Shown here: in pieces, positions 17,192-29,303 of the stretch
Numbering within the stretch: the first letter of the stretch is position 1
Layout of the letters: every line of letters starts with the position of its first letter
DNA from: Candidatus Sulfotelmatobacter sp.
GTDB lineage: Bacteria; Acidobacteriota; Terriglobia; Terriglobales; Acidobacteriaceae
Assembly: GCA_049584475.1 (NCBI GenBank)
Contig: JBAUXX010000004.1
Coordinates: 5,218-69,217 of the forward strand
Direction: 5' to 3'
Length of the DNA stretch: 64,000 bases
Translations under genes and position numbers: made by a program
Notes under the pieces: generated by a model
What the model was told of the DNA's origin: nothing
What the model saw: only the letters and a program-made list of their open reading frames with translations
Databases searched by the model: none

Positions 17192-17914
17192 TTAAATTCC
17201 AAAGATTCCGCTGAGAATGTCCCCCCCGGCATGTGCCATGATGCCGGGACGCAGGCTCCCGCGCCAAATTGCGACTAAGCCATACAGAATGCCAAAGCAC
17301 GCGATCTTCATGCACGCTTCGATTCCCTGGTAACCGTGCGCGATGCCGAACAGCACCGCCTGCAGGAACAACGCAATCCAACGACTCTGGGTAAAGGCTT
17401 CGAATTGTTTCTGAAAGTAACCGCGAAAGACCAGCTCTTCGCAGAATCCGGCGCTGATGGAAACGCCAACCCATAGTCCAATTTCCAATCCTCGCTGTGG
17501 TAAGAAAGTCTGGATTGAAGCAGCATGGCCGATCCCGAACGCGCGATTCCACGCCTGCTCGGCCAGAGTCCAAGCTGCCCATAAACCCAGCGCCAGGCCA
17601 CAGTCCACGAGGATGTCCTTCGCGCTGGCCCACTTGCCTCCAACCAGGTCGCGAAGCTTTGTTCCGGATGTGCGAAGGCCGCCTCTCCATACCCAGACGA
17701 AGAGCCCCCACTCCATTGCTATGAGCGAGACGTAGAGCGGCACGACCTCTGGGTGCTGCCGCAACATCTCTGGCTCCGAGCGAGCGTGTCGCTGAAAAAA
17801 AGCACCGCCTACCGAAAGCCCCAGGAATAATGCGACCAGCAATGTTGTATGCCACCACGGCGCGATAAGCTTCGCGTTTGAACATTCGATTCTTGGAGCA
17901 GCAATCGTTGCCAT
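17192..17914 (-). CDS. CPBP family intramembrane glutamic endopeptidase (CAAX protease-like)
   Basis: 240 aa, polytopic. Motif 1 GFCEELVFRGYFQ (EExxxR), motif 2 FGIAHGYQG (FxxxH) and a late HAGGD. The overlapping 17181..17927 ORF is the wrong frame. Confidence 0.85.
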   Translation of the reverse strand: MATIAAPRIECSNAKLIAPWWHTTLLVALFLGLSVGGAFFQRHARSEPEMLRQHPEVVPLYVSLIAMEWGLFVWVWRGGLRTSGTKLRDLVGGKWASAKDILVDCGLALGLWAAWTLAEQAWNRAFGIGHAASIQTFLPQRGLEIGLWVGVSISAGFCEELVFRGYFQKQFEAFTQSRWIALFLQAVLFGIAHGYQGIEACMKIACFGILYGLVAIWRGSLRPGIMAHAGGDILSGIFGI

Positions 17915-18106
17915 AATGACTCCTCAAACAGCCCGCACGGATCCGGACCGGGATCAGAAATGCCCGATTCCTCCTGGAAACACAGGCTCTGGGAATAGGT
18001 ATCCACGAACGGGAGGAAAGTTACGTGAATCGACAGACATCACTGCCGGCACCCCCCCGGCGGTGCGCAATGGTACGCCCCCCTGGGACCGCCTGCGCAC
18101 TCACGT

Positions 18107-18511
18107 TTATGCCTGCAGCAGTTCGACGAGTAAATCTACCTCTGTCATAAGCCAGGCGATCTTCCGCATCTCAAACGCAACCGCCGGGACAGGACCGCTT
18201 AGCAGGAGAGACCCTTGCGCGCTCAGGTGAGCGATTGCGATATTTATGTCCGGTACCTCATAGCAAATGTGGTAAGGCCCCCCACCCTTCTTAAGGGCTC
18301 GATCAATTGGAGAATTTGGCCCAAGAGGAGCCACCAGCTCAAGGACCGTATCTCCCTTTCCGCGGCTCAGGAAACAGATGGATACGTTTTGAATGAGATC
18401 GTCGAAAGGTCCCGATGTCACTTCGTACTCAAATAGCTTCTTGTAAATTGGAATTGTTGTTGATAAGTCTCGGACCGCGATTCCAAGATGGTGAAAAGCA
18501 AAGTTCTTCAT
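18107..18511 (-). CDS. VOC family protein (methylmalonyl-CoA epimerase/glyoxalase-like)
   Basis: FHHLGIAVRDLSTTIPIYKKLF, VLELVAPLGPNSPI, GGGPYHICYEVPDI and LLVELLQ. I trimmed the start to the internal ATG (MKNFAFHHLG); the track ORF runs to 18637. Confidence 0.75.
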   Translation of the reverse strand: MKNFAFHHLGIAVRDLSTTIPIYKKLFEYEVTSGPFDDLIQNVSICFLSRGKGDTVLELVAPLGPNSPIDRALKKGGGPYHICYEVPDINIAIAHLSAQGSLLLSGPVPAVAFEMRKIAWLMTEVDLLVELLQA

Positions 18512-19173
18512 CGGCGATCTCTTCTCCCCAGCCATACGATCAACAAGCGGCGAGAGGGATGTCAATTTCAGATTGGCAACTGCGTCAAAGATGTTCCTCC
18601 CGATATGCGACTCGTGGTGTATGCCGGGAGCTTCCAATCGCCACCACTAGCACCCTGTTTCAACAAAGCTTGGCTCATCGGAACTCATCAGTGACCGGTG
18701 TGTAGCTGGTTCTGGTCATCGTCCGATGTTGACCCCACGTCTAGCGGCTGTAGATAAGACAGGCAAGCACTGCGAAACCACTCGGTCGCACAGGATAACA
18801 CTGAGGAAGCGAGCCAGGAGTTCCTCACTGGAGTTGAACAGTTGATCGACGAGAGATCTATTGAAATTCTGCAACCGACTTGCCGGCCTCAAGGCTGCGC
18901 CTACAAATTGTATCCAGTGGTCGAATTGGGAGTTCGTCTCGGTTTCGTGCAAGCGATCGACGGTCACATCATCTCTCGGATGCTGCGGCACCATACCCAC
19001 ATTGCTAGCGGAACTGCGCGAAAGGCAGCCGAGTATTAGACAGGACGCCATCCTGGCCGCGCCAGTGTCCACGGTTGCTCGATCACTGGTGCTCCCTGAT
19101 AGAGTTTATTGAAGCAGGCGTCGATCTGTGGGGAGAACGAATTCCTGAAAAACGCACCATTCCCTAAAGCGTC

Positions 19174-19229
19174 GAAAAGAATGGCGGGGACGACGGGACT
19201 CGAACCCGCGGCCTCTGCCGTGACAGGGC
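19174..19229. repeat. Left copy of a perfect 56-bp direct repeat (tRNA-Asp 3' 48 nt plus 8 nt of 3' flank); att-like site
   Basis: gaaaagaatggcggggacgacgggactcgaacccgcggcctctgccgtgacagggc is identical at 19174-19229 and 49484-49539. The flanking bases on both sides differ. Same orientation as the intact tRNA. Confidence 0.9.
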
Positions 19230-19704
19230 CTCGGGCTCATGTAACTGATTGATATCAAACGGTGTCGGCGGACATCTCTTGATACCATAAAGTATCGTAT
19301 GTCACTTCTTATCGTCCCCTTAACGTCCCCAGATTTGATAGCGGGAGCGTGTTCCTCGTACCCCAAAACCAGTTTCACCGTAGCTTACAAGAGCCATTAG
19401 CAAGGCCGGTTTACCAACCGGATCAAGTGCGCGAGAGCCCGACCTAGAGGAAACGATTCAACTGTCCAGAGTTCTTGGCATCGACAGTTGAGATACATTT
19501 CTGTTTGCCGACCAACCGAGAACTGGTAGCGATATGCGCGTTTACGAGGACCTATTTTTGCACTCTCAGAGCAAGCCGCTCGTAATCAGTCAGTAAGGGG
19601 AAAGGTTGTTTCGTACAATCAGGGGCTCTAAAGAGCTTATCGGACCCATAATCCGAACAGCCTCGACTGGTCGCCCTCGTGATCAGTATGGGTGGGAGCC
19701 GGGT

Positions 19705-22567
<2,863 letters not shown>

Positions 22568-22601
22568 AGGAAGCGATGTCTTTGTCTGCGGAAGCAATAA
22601 T

Positions 22602-24140
22602 TTAACGGCATTCAAAGTTGGCTGCATCTTCCGTGTCTCCTTTCCCTTTGTATTGGGCGTGCTTCGGATCGGGACACAGCGGCCGGCTGCGCCCAGGAAA
22701 GGCTTTGCCGGTCGCGATCACCGACGTAGGCGTCGTGCCTTTCTCGACCCAGTTGACCATCGCGCCCAGTAAATCAAACTGGTCCAGCGACTGCCCTCCG
22801 CCGCAGTGGCTCATCCCTGGCACAAAATAAAACTGGCTCCACTTCGACGCGGCGTCGAGACCGCCATTTGCAGCCGCCATGTTCTTGTAGTAGTCGAACG
22901 TATCGAGCGGCGAAAACCACGGGTCGCTATCACCGTGGTAGAAGATCAGTTTCCCCCCGTGCGCGGAGAAGGTGGTCAAATTCGTGGACATTGAATCGAC
23001 AAGCGGCTGGGCAGCTGCCAGAGCTTCCTTGGCAACGTCCATTGTCATGTCCGTCGTCGCAGGCCCGAAAATGCCGGGTCCCGGCGAGAGTACTCCTCGA
23101 AATGGCGGGCCGTTCGTGATGCCCGTGTCGTAAAGGAAACCCGCATAGACTTGGGTTCCGCTCGACGTCTTCGGCCCTCCCATGGCCTTCTTGATAGCCG
23201 CGGCTTTTTCCGGAGCCAGGCAGGAGTTATTCGTTTCACCCTTGCACGCCAACATCTCAGGATCGAAGTCGCACCCGAGAGGATCGGAGATTAAGCCGTC
23301 GGCGACGCCATCTTTAGCGTCGCACTGTTTGATGAGAGCATCTCTGATCAGCTTGCGATCATTCTCGGTAATCGACTGCTCGAGGGTTGGTTTTCCATTA
23401 GCATCTTTCGGAGCAATTTGATTGAAGGCAATGGGAATCCATCGCCCAATTGCGAGATTGGAAAGCCCAGTGCGCATCGCTGGGTCGCCCGAGATGATGC
23501 CGTTGAAAACCGCGGGAGAGCGCTGCGAAAGGATCATGCCTTCGCGGCCGCCGGTGGAGCACCCGGAAAAATACGAAAAGGCTGCCGGCTTGCCGTAGTG
23601 TTGCGCGATGAGTTGTTTTGCCAGTGCAGCGACCTCAACATTCGCGAGGTAAGCGAAGTCCAGATAGGCCTGCTGATCGCGCATGAAGCCGAAATCAAAT
23701 CCCGGATTGCGGCTCTTATGGCCTGTGTCCGTACTTACGACAGCGAAGCCGCGTATCAGTCCAGGGGTGTCTCCAGCCGCGTTCAATCCAAGAGGCGCGC
23801 CTACGACGCCGTTGCTACCAGCTCCGCCTTGCATCAGAAAGTCACCATTCCAGTGGTCGGGCATGGCCAGTACGAAGGTGATCCCAAACTGTTCGCCATC
23901 CATTCCGGTGCGCCGGTTCATTGTCCCTTCGACTCGGCAATACGCAGGCAAAGGTGCGGTGCGAGTCTGGTTCCAGGGAATGGCCTCGGTGGTCCCGGCA
24001 GTGATGGCCGCTGCTTTGGTGATTTCAACATTCTCGGCTCTGAAGCTTGCGAGCTCGGCGCAGGAGTTAGATTCCTGCGCCAAGGCATAACCAATGGAAA
24101 CCAAGACCAGAAGCATGGATCTAAAAAACTTAGTGTGCAT
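22602..24140 (-). CDS. Tannase/feruloyl esterase family alpha/beta hydrolase
   Basis: 512 aa with a signal peptide. Family-typical FSGCSTGGREG nucleophile motif and conserved Cys pairs. Confidence 0.85.
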   Translation of the reverse strand: MHTKFFRSMLLVLVSIGYALAQESNSCAELASFRAENVEITKAAAITAGTTEAIPWNQTRTAPLPAYCRVEGTMNRRTGMDGEQFGITFVLAMPDHWNGDFLMQGGAGSNGVVGAPLGLNAAGDTPGLIRGFAVVSTDTGHKSRNPGFDFGFMRDQQAYLDFAYLANVEVAALAKQLIAQHYGKPAAFSYFSGCSTGGREGMILSQRSPAVFNGIISGDPAMRTGLSNLAIGRWIPIAFNQIAPKDANGKPTLEQSITENDRKLIRDALIKQCDAKDGVADGLISDPLGCDFDPEMLACKGETNNSCLAPEKAAAIKKAMGGPKTSSGTQVYAGFLYDTGITNGPPFRGVLSPGPGIFGPATTDMTMDVAKEALAAAQPLVDSMSTNLTTFSAHGGKLIFYHGDSDPWFSPLDTFDYYKNMAAANGGLDAASKWSQFYFVPGMSHCGGGQSLDQFDLLGAMVNWVEKGTTPTSVIATGKAFPGRSRPLCPDPKHAQYKGKGDTEDAANFECR

Positions 24141-24162
24141 ATCGCCTCAAAGCTCTCAAGAG

Positions 24163-26796
24163 TTATTCCGGCAGAACGAGTTGTCCCTTGACCTCGAAAT
24201 TACCGCTCACTGAGGAAACTCCTGTTCCGGGTTGACCGCTCCCGATCGAGACCGTGTACTTGCCTTGCGCCACCTTGATGTCTCCTTGATCGGTGACCAT
24301 ACTGAGATCGCGAGACTTCAACTGGAACTCTACCTTCTGGCTTGCTCCGGGCTCCAGATGGACACGCTGAAATCCGCGGAGGGCGCGCCGCGGCGCACCG
24401 GACACTTCCGGAAACTGCAGGTACAGCTCGACCACTTCATCACCGGCCACTTTCCCAGTGTTCGCGACCGTGACGGAGGCGTGGAGTGGATCACCGGCGT
24501 TGACTGGTGTATCGGGTAGCTTGAGATTGCTGTAAGTGAACGCTGTGTAGCTGAGGCCGTATCCAAACGGCCAGAGCGGTTCCCCCTCGAAGTAGCGGTA
24601 GGTTCGCCCCTTCATTGAATAATCTTCGAAATTCGGAAGCTGGTGAACATCCTTGTAGAAAGTGACAGGAAGACGTCCAGATGGGTTGTTTTTTCCGCTG
24701 AGTGTTTCCGCGACCGCGGCTCCTCCTTCTTCGCCGGAGTACCAGGATTCGAGGATGGCGTTGGCGCGCTCCTTCGCCCAGCTCACGCCGAGCGCACTCC
24801 CGTTCATCAGCACGATGACGAGAGGCTTGCCATTTCCTGCAAGAGCCTCGATCAGATCTTCTTCGGGTTTGGGTAAATCGAGGCTGGTGCGGTCGCCGCC
24901 GGAAAAGCCGGGCTGGCTCACAGGCATCTCTTCCCCCTCGAGACGGCTGGTGATGCCAACTACGGCGACGATGACATCGGCATTCTTCGCAGCCGCCACG
25001 GCCGCTGGATCGGGCGCGTTATTCACGGGAGTCCACAGGAGCTGCGCTTCCGGCTTACCCTCCCCGTTGCGTCCGTAGAGGACCTCGATTTTTACAGGGT
25101 GACCTTTTTCGAGGTGAACCGGGCTTAGATTTATGTTCTTGCCCCAGAGCGTCGTAACCTCTCTTCCATCCACTGAGAGGCGGCCGAAGCCGTCGACGCT
25201 GAGTCCCAGTAAATAGTCGCCGGTTGCAGTTGGGTTGAGCCAGCCAGTCCATTGCACCGACAGGCCCGAAATTCCCTTCGCCTGTTCAGGGACATTGCTC
25301 TCGTTCAGATTTACGGAGGACTCGACCCGCGAGGTGAGAGGAGTCGGCTTGGCGTCGAAGCTGGGGCGCGAACTGTATTCCGCTTTGAGGCCGGGCTTGC
25401 CATCCGGGGTGGTCAAGACGGATGCGGGCACGGGGTCTGCCTTGTTTGAAAGAAATTGAGTTCCGGGCACGTAGGTGATCTTTGCCTGTGGGAACTCGGC
25501 CTTCATTCCTTCCAGCACGGTGACCGTGTGCGAAGTGCTGCCGTTGTAGTTGCCGAGCAGCACGGCGGTCTGATCGGCGAGCGGACCGACGACGGCGATG
25601 CGCTTCGCAGACTTCAACGGGAGGACGCCATCGTTCTTGAGCAGAACCATCGATTCATTGGCGATGCGGCGGGCAAGCTCGCGGTGAGCGGGGCTGTCGA
25701 GTTGTTTCTCGTCGATGTTCATGTAGGGGACGGTCGCGGGCGGATCGAACATGCCGAGACGGATGCGAGCGGTAAAGAGACGAATGAGTGCAGTGTCGAC
25801 CGAGGTTTCCGGAAGATAGCCCTGTTGCACAGCCTCGATGTAGGGCTTGTAATCGTGATCGTCGTTTACTTTGGCGAAATCGATACATTCGTTATCCATG
25901 CCTCGGATGACGGAAATTGCCGAAGCCTGCGGCTGTGTCGGCCGGTAGTGGTGCCCGTTGAAGACGTTGCGCACAGCGTCGCAGTCGGAAACTACATAAC
26001 CTTGGAAGCCCCATGCTCCGCGAAGGGTGTGTTGCAGCAGGAATTGGCTCGCGCACGCGGGCTCGCCGTTGATTGAGTTGTAGGCACACATAACCGAACC
26101 TGCCTTGCCCTCGACGACCGCAGCGCGAAACGCGGGCAGGTACGTGTCTTCCTCGTCGTGCTTGCTAACGTCCACGTCGGTGAAGTGGCGAGTCGGCTCG
26201 GGGCCGCTGTGAACGGCATAGTGTTTAGGCGTCGAGATGGCCTGGTAATAATGTGGATCATCGCCTTGCACGCCTGTGACAAACGCGACGGCTAGACGAG
26301 CGCTCAGAAAGGGATCTTCACCATAGGTTTCCTGGCCGCGTCCCCAGCGCGGATCGCGAAAGATGTTGACGTTGGGAGCCCAGAAATCCAAGCCTTCGAA
26401 AATATTGGAGTGACCTGCGCGCTCATGCTGCGCGTGCTTGATTCGGCCCTCAACGCCGATGGCGGTTGCCATCTCGTGAATGCGGGGTACATCGAAGCTG
26501 GCGGCAAGCCCGATGGGCTCGGGAAATTCCGTCACGCCATCGGAAATGACGCCATGCAGGGCTTCGCTCCACCAATCGTACGAAGGAATGTTCAGGCGAG
26601 GGACGGCTCGTGCCTGATTCACAAGTTGCGAAGCTTTCTCTTCCAGCGTCATCCGGTGGACCAGATCGGCCGCGCGTTCTTCGGGAGAGAGCTGGGGATT
26701 CATGTAAGGCAGGCTGGAAGCATCCTGCGCCATTGAGGTGGAAGCGAGAATGGCAATGATGAATGCGGCCAGTGAGAAACTTTTGTAATGGTTCAT
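24163..26796 (-). CDS. GH3 beta-glucosidase/beta-xylosidase with PA14 insertion
   Basis: 877 aa with a signal peptide. GH3 N-terminal motifs (WSEALHGV, NIFRDPRWGRGQETYGEDP, GYVVSDCDAV). The C-terminal domain is interrupted by a PA14-like segment (VQWTGWLNPTATGDYLLGLSVDGFGRLSVDG). Fn3-like end. Confidence 0.9.
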   Translation of the reverse strand: MNHYKSFSLAAFIIAILASTSMAQDASSLPYMNPQLSPEERAADLVHRMTLEEKASQLVNQARAVPRLNIPSYDWWSEALHGVISDGVTEFPEPIGLAASFDVPRIHEMATAIGVEGRIKHAQHERAGHSNIFEGLDFWAPNVNIFRDPRWGRGQETYGEDPFLSARLAVAFVTGVQGDDPHYYQAISTPKHYAVHSGPEPTRHFTDVDVSKHDEEDTYLPAFRAAVVEGKAGSVMCAYNSINGEPACASQFLLQHTLRGAWGFQGYVVSDCDAVRNVFNGHHYRPTQPQASAISVIRGMDNECIDFAKVNDDHDYKPYIEAVQQGYLPETSVDTALIRLFTARIRLGMFDPPATVPYMNIDEKQLDSPAHRELARRIANESMVLLKNDGVLPLKSAKRIAVVGPLADQTAVLLGNYNGSTSHTVTVLEGMKAEFPQAKITYVPGTQFLSNKADPVPASVLTTPDGKPGLKAEYSSRPSFDAKPTPLTSRVESSVNLNESNVPEQAKGISGLSVQWTGWLNPTATGDYLLGLSVDGFGRLSVDGREVTTLWGKNINLSPVHLEKGHPVKIEVLYGRNGEGKPEAQLLWTPVNNAPDPAAVAAAKNADVIVAVVGITSRLEGEEMPVSQPGFSGGDRTSLDLPKPEEDLIEALAGNGKPLVIVLMNGSALGVSWAKERANAILESWYSGEEGGAAVAETLSGKNNPSGRLPVTFYKDVHQLPNFEDYSMKGRTYRYFEGEPLWPFGYGLSYTAFTYSNLKLPDTPVNAGDPLHASVTVANTGKVAGDEVVELYLQFPEVSGAPRRALRGFQRVHLEPGASQKVEFQLKSRDLSMVTDQGDIKVAQGKYTVSIGSGQPGTGVSSVSGNFEVKGQLVLPE

Positions 26797-26843
26797 TTCT
26801 GCTCCTGGACTTCCGATACGTCCTTAGCTGCTTCGCGCAGTTC

Positions 26844-29210
26844 TTACCGCTCTCGAACCGAAATTGATTCCCCGTTGTAAACAACGAGCTTGTCCGGGTT
26901 CGCGGTCGATTCAAGTCCCGTTCCGTGTCCGGCAGATACCAACACCACCTTCATCTCCATGCTGGCGGGCATTCCGGGATATTTCCCTTCTCGCTGACCA
27001 ATCGTCAAAGTTCGGTTTGACTCCGACCAGTGCATTGGGATGACAGAGTGCACACCGAGCTCATAGTCGTAACCGTCGCCGGCGTCTTGATAGAGAACGA
27101 ATTCTCCGTCGGCACCTGTATAGATCCTTAATTCGATAGGCCCTGCGGGTTTCTCATCCGCGTACTCGATTTCAGGACCCAGCGGAAGAATCGAACCGGC
27201 ACGTACGTAGAGGGGAATGCGATCGAGAGGCGCGTCAGCATCGATCTCGCGGCCTCCATTTGTCGAAGCTCCCGTCCAGAAGTCATACCAAGCCGGGGCG
27301 TCCGGCAGATACAAGGCTCTGTGAGTAGCGTCTGGCTGTAGCACAGGGTTGACGAGGAGCGCAGGTCCGAACATGAACTGATCACCGATGTCCCGAACTC
27401 TGAGATCAGTGCGCCAATCCATTACTAGCGGACGCTGGATCGTGTAGTCCTCATTCGTCACACGCCACGCCAGCGAATAAATGTAGGGCATCAGGCGGTA
27501 GCGCAGCTTATCGTAATTGATGAGAATCGGTTCGACTTTATTGAAGGCCCAAATCTCATTCTGCGGCCGGTGCCCATGCGTGCGGAAAATCGGGCAGAAG
27601 GTTCCATACTCGAACCAGCGTGCATAAAGTTCCTGAAACTTTGGGTCCTCAACCGGATTGTCGTGCGGCGGCCAATAGCCGCCGATATCGGTTGTCCAAT
27701 ACGGATATCCGGAAAGCGCAAAATTCAATCCGGCGGCCACTTGATGGCGTAGACCCCAGTAAGAGCCATAAACGTCACCCGACCAGACTGCCGCTCCAAC
27801 TCGTTGCTGCCCGAGAAAAGCGGAACGCGTGAGAAGGAAAACTCGCTTGCGAGCTGTGGTTGTTTTCCAGTGTTCCTGAACCCCTAGCGTGTGCATGAAC
27901 GGAAAAATGTTCGTGTATTCGGCGCCGTTGCCGATGGCGATCTGCTTGTTTTGAAGAATCGCGTCACCCATGTGAGGCCAATATTCTTCGGGCTCGGCGC
28001 TGTCGAGCCAGAATGCGTCCCAACCTAACGAGAAGAGCTTGCCGGCAAGATTGTTCCAATAGAAATCACGCGCTTTCGGATTCGTAGCGTCGTAAACATG
28101 GGCGCCGGGAACGTCCAAGTGTTGCTTCGTCATCTCCGCGAAGTTCCGGGATTTGGAATCAAACAGCCCCCAAACCGAAAGCATGGCATGGACGTGTTCA
28201 TCGTGGAGTTGCTTGAGTTCACCGGGGACATCAGGGAAGTTCGAATTGAAGATCGGATCGCCTTCTGCCTTCCACCAAAACCAATCCTGAACAATTGCGT
28301 CGAGCGGTATGTGCTCTTCACGATACCGATGTGCGATTCCGAGCACTTCTTCTTGCGAAATGTAAAGGTCCTTCGACTGGAAGAAACCGTAGGACCATTT
28401 CGGTAGCAGCGGGGTGTGTCCAGTAAGGTTCCGATATTCATGGATGAGTTGATCCATCTCCGGACCATAAATGAAGTAGTAGTCGACGGCATGGCCGGCA
28501 AGTGAGTCCAGATTCAGTTCCAGCGGGAAACGATTGTCGACGTGCGTCAGCGAGGCGGTGTTCCACATCAAACCATACCCTTTGCTTGACAACAGCAAAG
28601 GGATCGCTACATCCGTGTTGTTCTGCCCAAGTTCGACGGTGGCGCCCCGGTAGTTGAACATTCCGTTCTGGTGTTGCCCCAAACCGTAGAAGCCTTCGGA
28701 GAAATCCGGAGCAAATCCGTCTTCGACGTGAAATGTCTTCTCTCCATTCAGTTCAGCCGGTTCGTAGGTCCGGGGAATCGAGTTGCGTTCGCGTAAGAGA
28801 CCCTGGCCTGTAGCCGTGCTGAATTGGACGTTGCCCCATTTGAGCGAGAGTTCGATCTTCAAAGCATCGGTAGTGAGGATCGCCGCTTCGGATGTTTGTG
28901 AAATCCGGAACTTCGCGCCTGGGCACGACTGCTTTGAATCGAGCATCCATGGCTGGCTTGGGCGAATCGTATCGGGCGGCTCGGGGGAAGCGACGAAATG
29001 AATGATGGAGGAGCGGCAAACGGAAATGTGCACGCTCTCGTTTCCAATTGTGGCCGTCATACCGTCCCGAGCTTGCGCGTACTTGACTGGGGGTAGTGGG
29101 GGCACGTCCCACAGCTGGGAGGTTGCCTGTGTCGCAGTCCCGGTGAGCCCGCATAGGCCGAGAAAAAGACAAGTCCAGAAGCTCCTGGATGGAAGCAAGT
29201 TTAATCTCAT
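26844..29210 (-). CDS. GH31 glycoside hydrolase (alpha-xylosidase/alpha-glucosidase type)
   Basis: 788 aa with a signal peptide. IPLDAIVQDWFWW, GWDAFWLDSAEPE (nucleophile Asp region), WSGD and YWTTDIGGY. Confidence 0.85.
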   Translation of the reverse strand: MRLNLLPSRSFWTCLFLGLCGLTGTATQATSQLWDVPPLPPVKYAQARDGMTATIGNESVHISVCRSSIIHFVASPEPPDTIRPSQPWMLDSKQSCPGAKFRISQTSEAAILTTDALKIELSLKWGNVQFSTATGQGLLRERNSIPRTYEPAELNGEKTFHVEDGFAPDFSEGFYGLGQHQNGMFNYRGATVELGQNNTDVAIPLLLSSKGYGLMWNTASLTHVDNRFPLELNLDSLAGHAVDYYFIYGPEMDQLIHEYRNLTGHTPLLPKWSYGFFQSKDLYISQEEVLGIAHRYREEHIPLDAIVQDWFWWKAEGDPIFNSNFPDVPGELKQLHDEHVHAMLSVWGLFDSKSRNFAEMTKQHLDVPGAHVYDATNPKARDFYWNNLAGKLFSLGWDAFWLDSAEPEEYWPHMGDAILQNKQIAIGNGAEYTNIFPFMHTLGVQEHWKTTTARKRVFLLTRSAFLGQQRVGAAVWSGDVYGSYWGLRHQVAAGLNFALSGYPYWTTDIGGYWPPHDNPVEDPKFQELYARWFEYGTFCPIFRTHGHRPQNEIWAFNKVEPILINYDKLRYRLMPYIYSLAWRVTNEDYTIQRPLVMDWRTDLRVRDIGDQFMFGPALLVNPVLQPDATHRALYLPDAPAWYDFWTGASTNGGREIDADAPLDRIPLYVRAGSILPLGPEIEYADEKPAGPIELRIYTGADGEFVLYQDAGDGYDYELGVHSVIPMHWSESNRTLTIGQREGKYPGMPASMEMKVVLVSAGHGTGLESTANPDKLVVYNGESISVRER

Positions 29211-29303
29211 TCGATTAAGAGTGCGTACGACGGTACCGCTAACTGTAACGAACTCGAAATGGAAATGCCAGGCAATGATAGAGCCGTGCGCGCGAAGGGC
29301 TTT

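Noticed and set aside
17181-17927. 248-aa minus-strand ORF overlapping the CPBP gene
   Set aside because: It is an alternative frame of the same strand. Only the 17192-17914 frame carries the EExxxR and FxxxH CPBP motifs and TM helices.
18716-19072. 118-aa minus-strand ORF with a segment (LVDQLFNSSEELLARFLSVI) reminiscent of the linker and start of the HTH in Crp/Fnr regulators
   Set aside because: The resemblance is short. No cNMP-binding or complete HTH region is present. It may be a decayed regulator remnant next to the island boundary, but I cannot support either a CDS or a pseudogene call.
19106-19378. 90-aa minus-strand ORF
   Set aside because: It reads straight through the tRNA-Asp-derived repeat and has a basic low-complexity product. 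It is most likely non-coding att-flank DNA.
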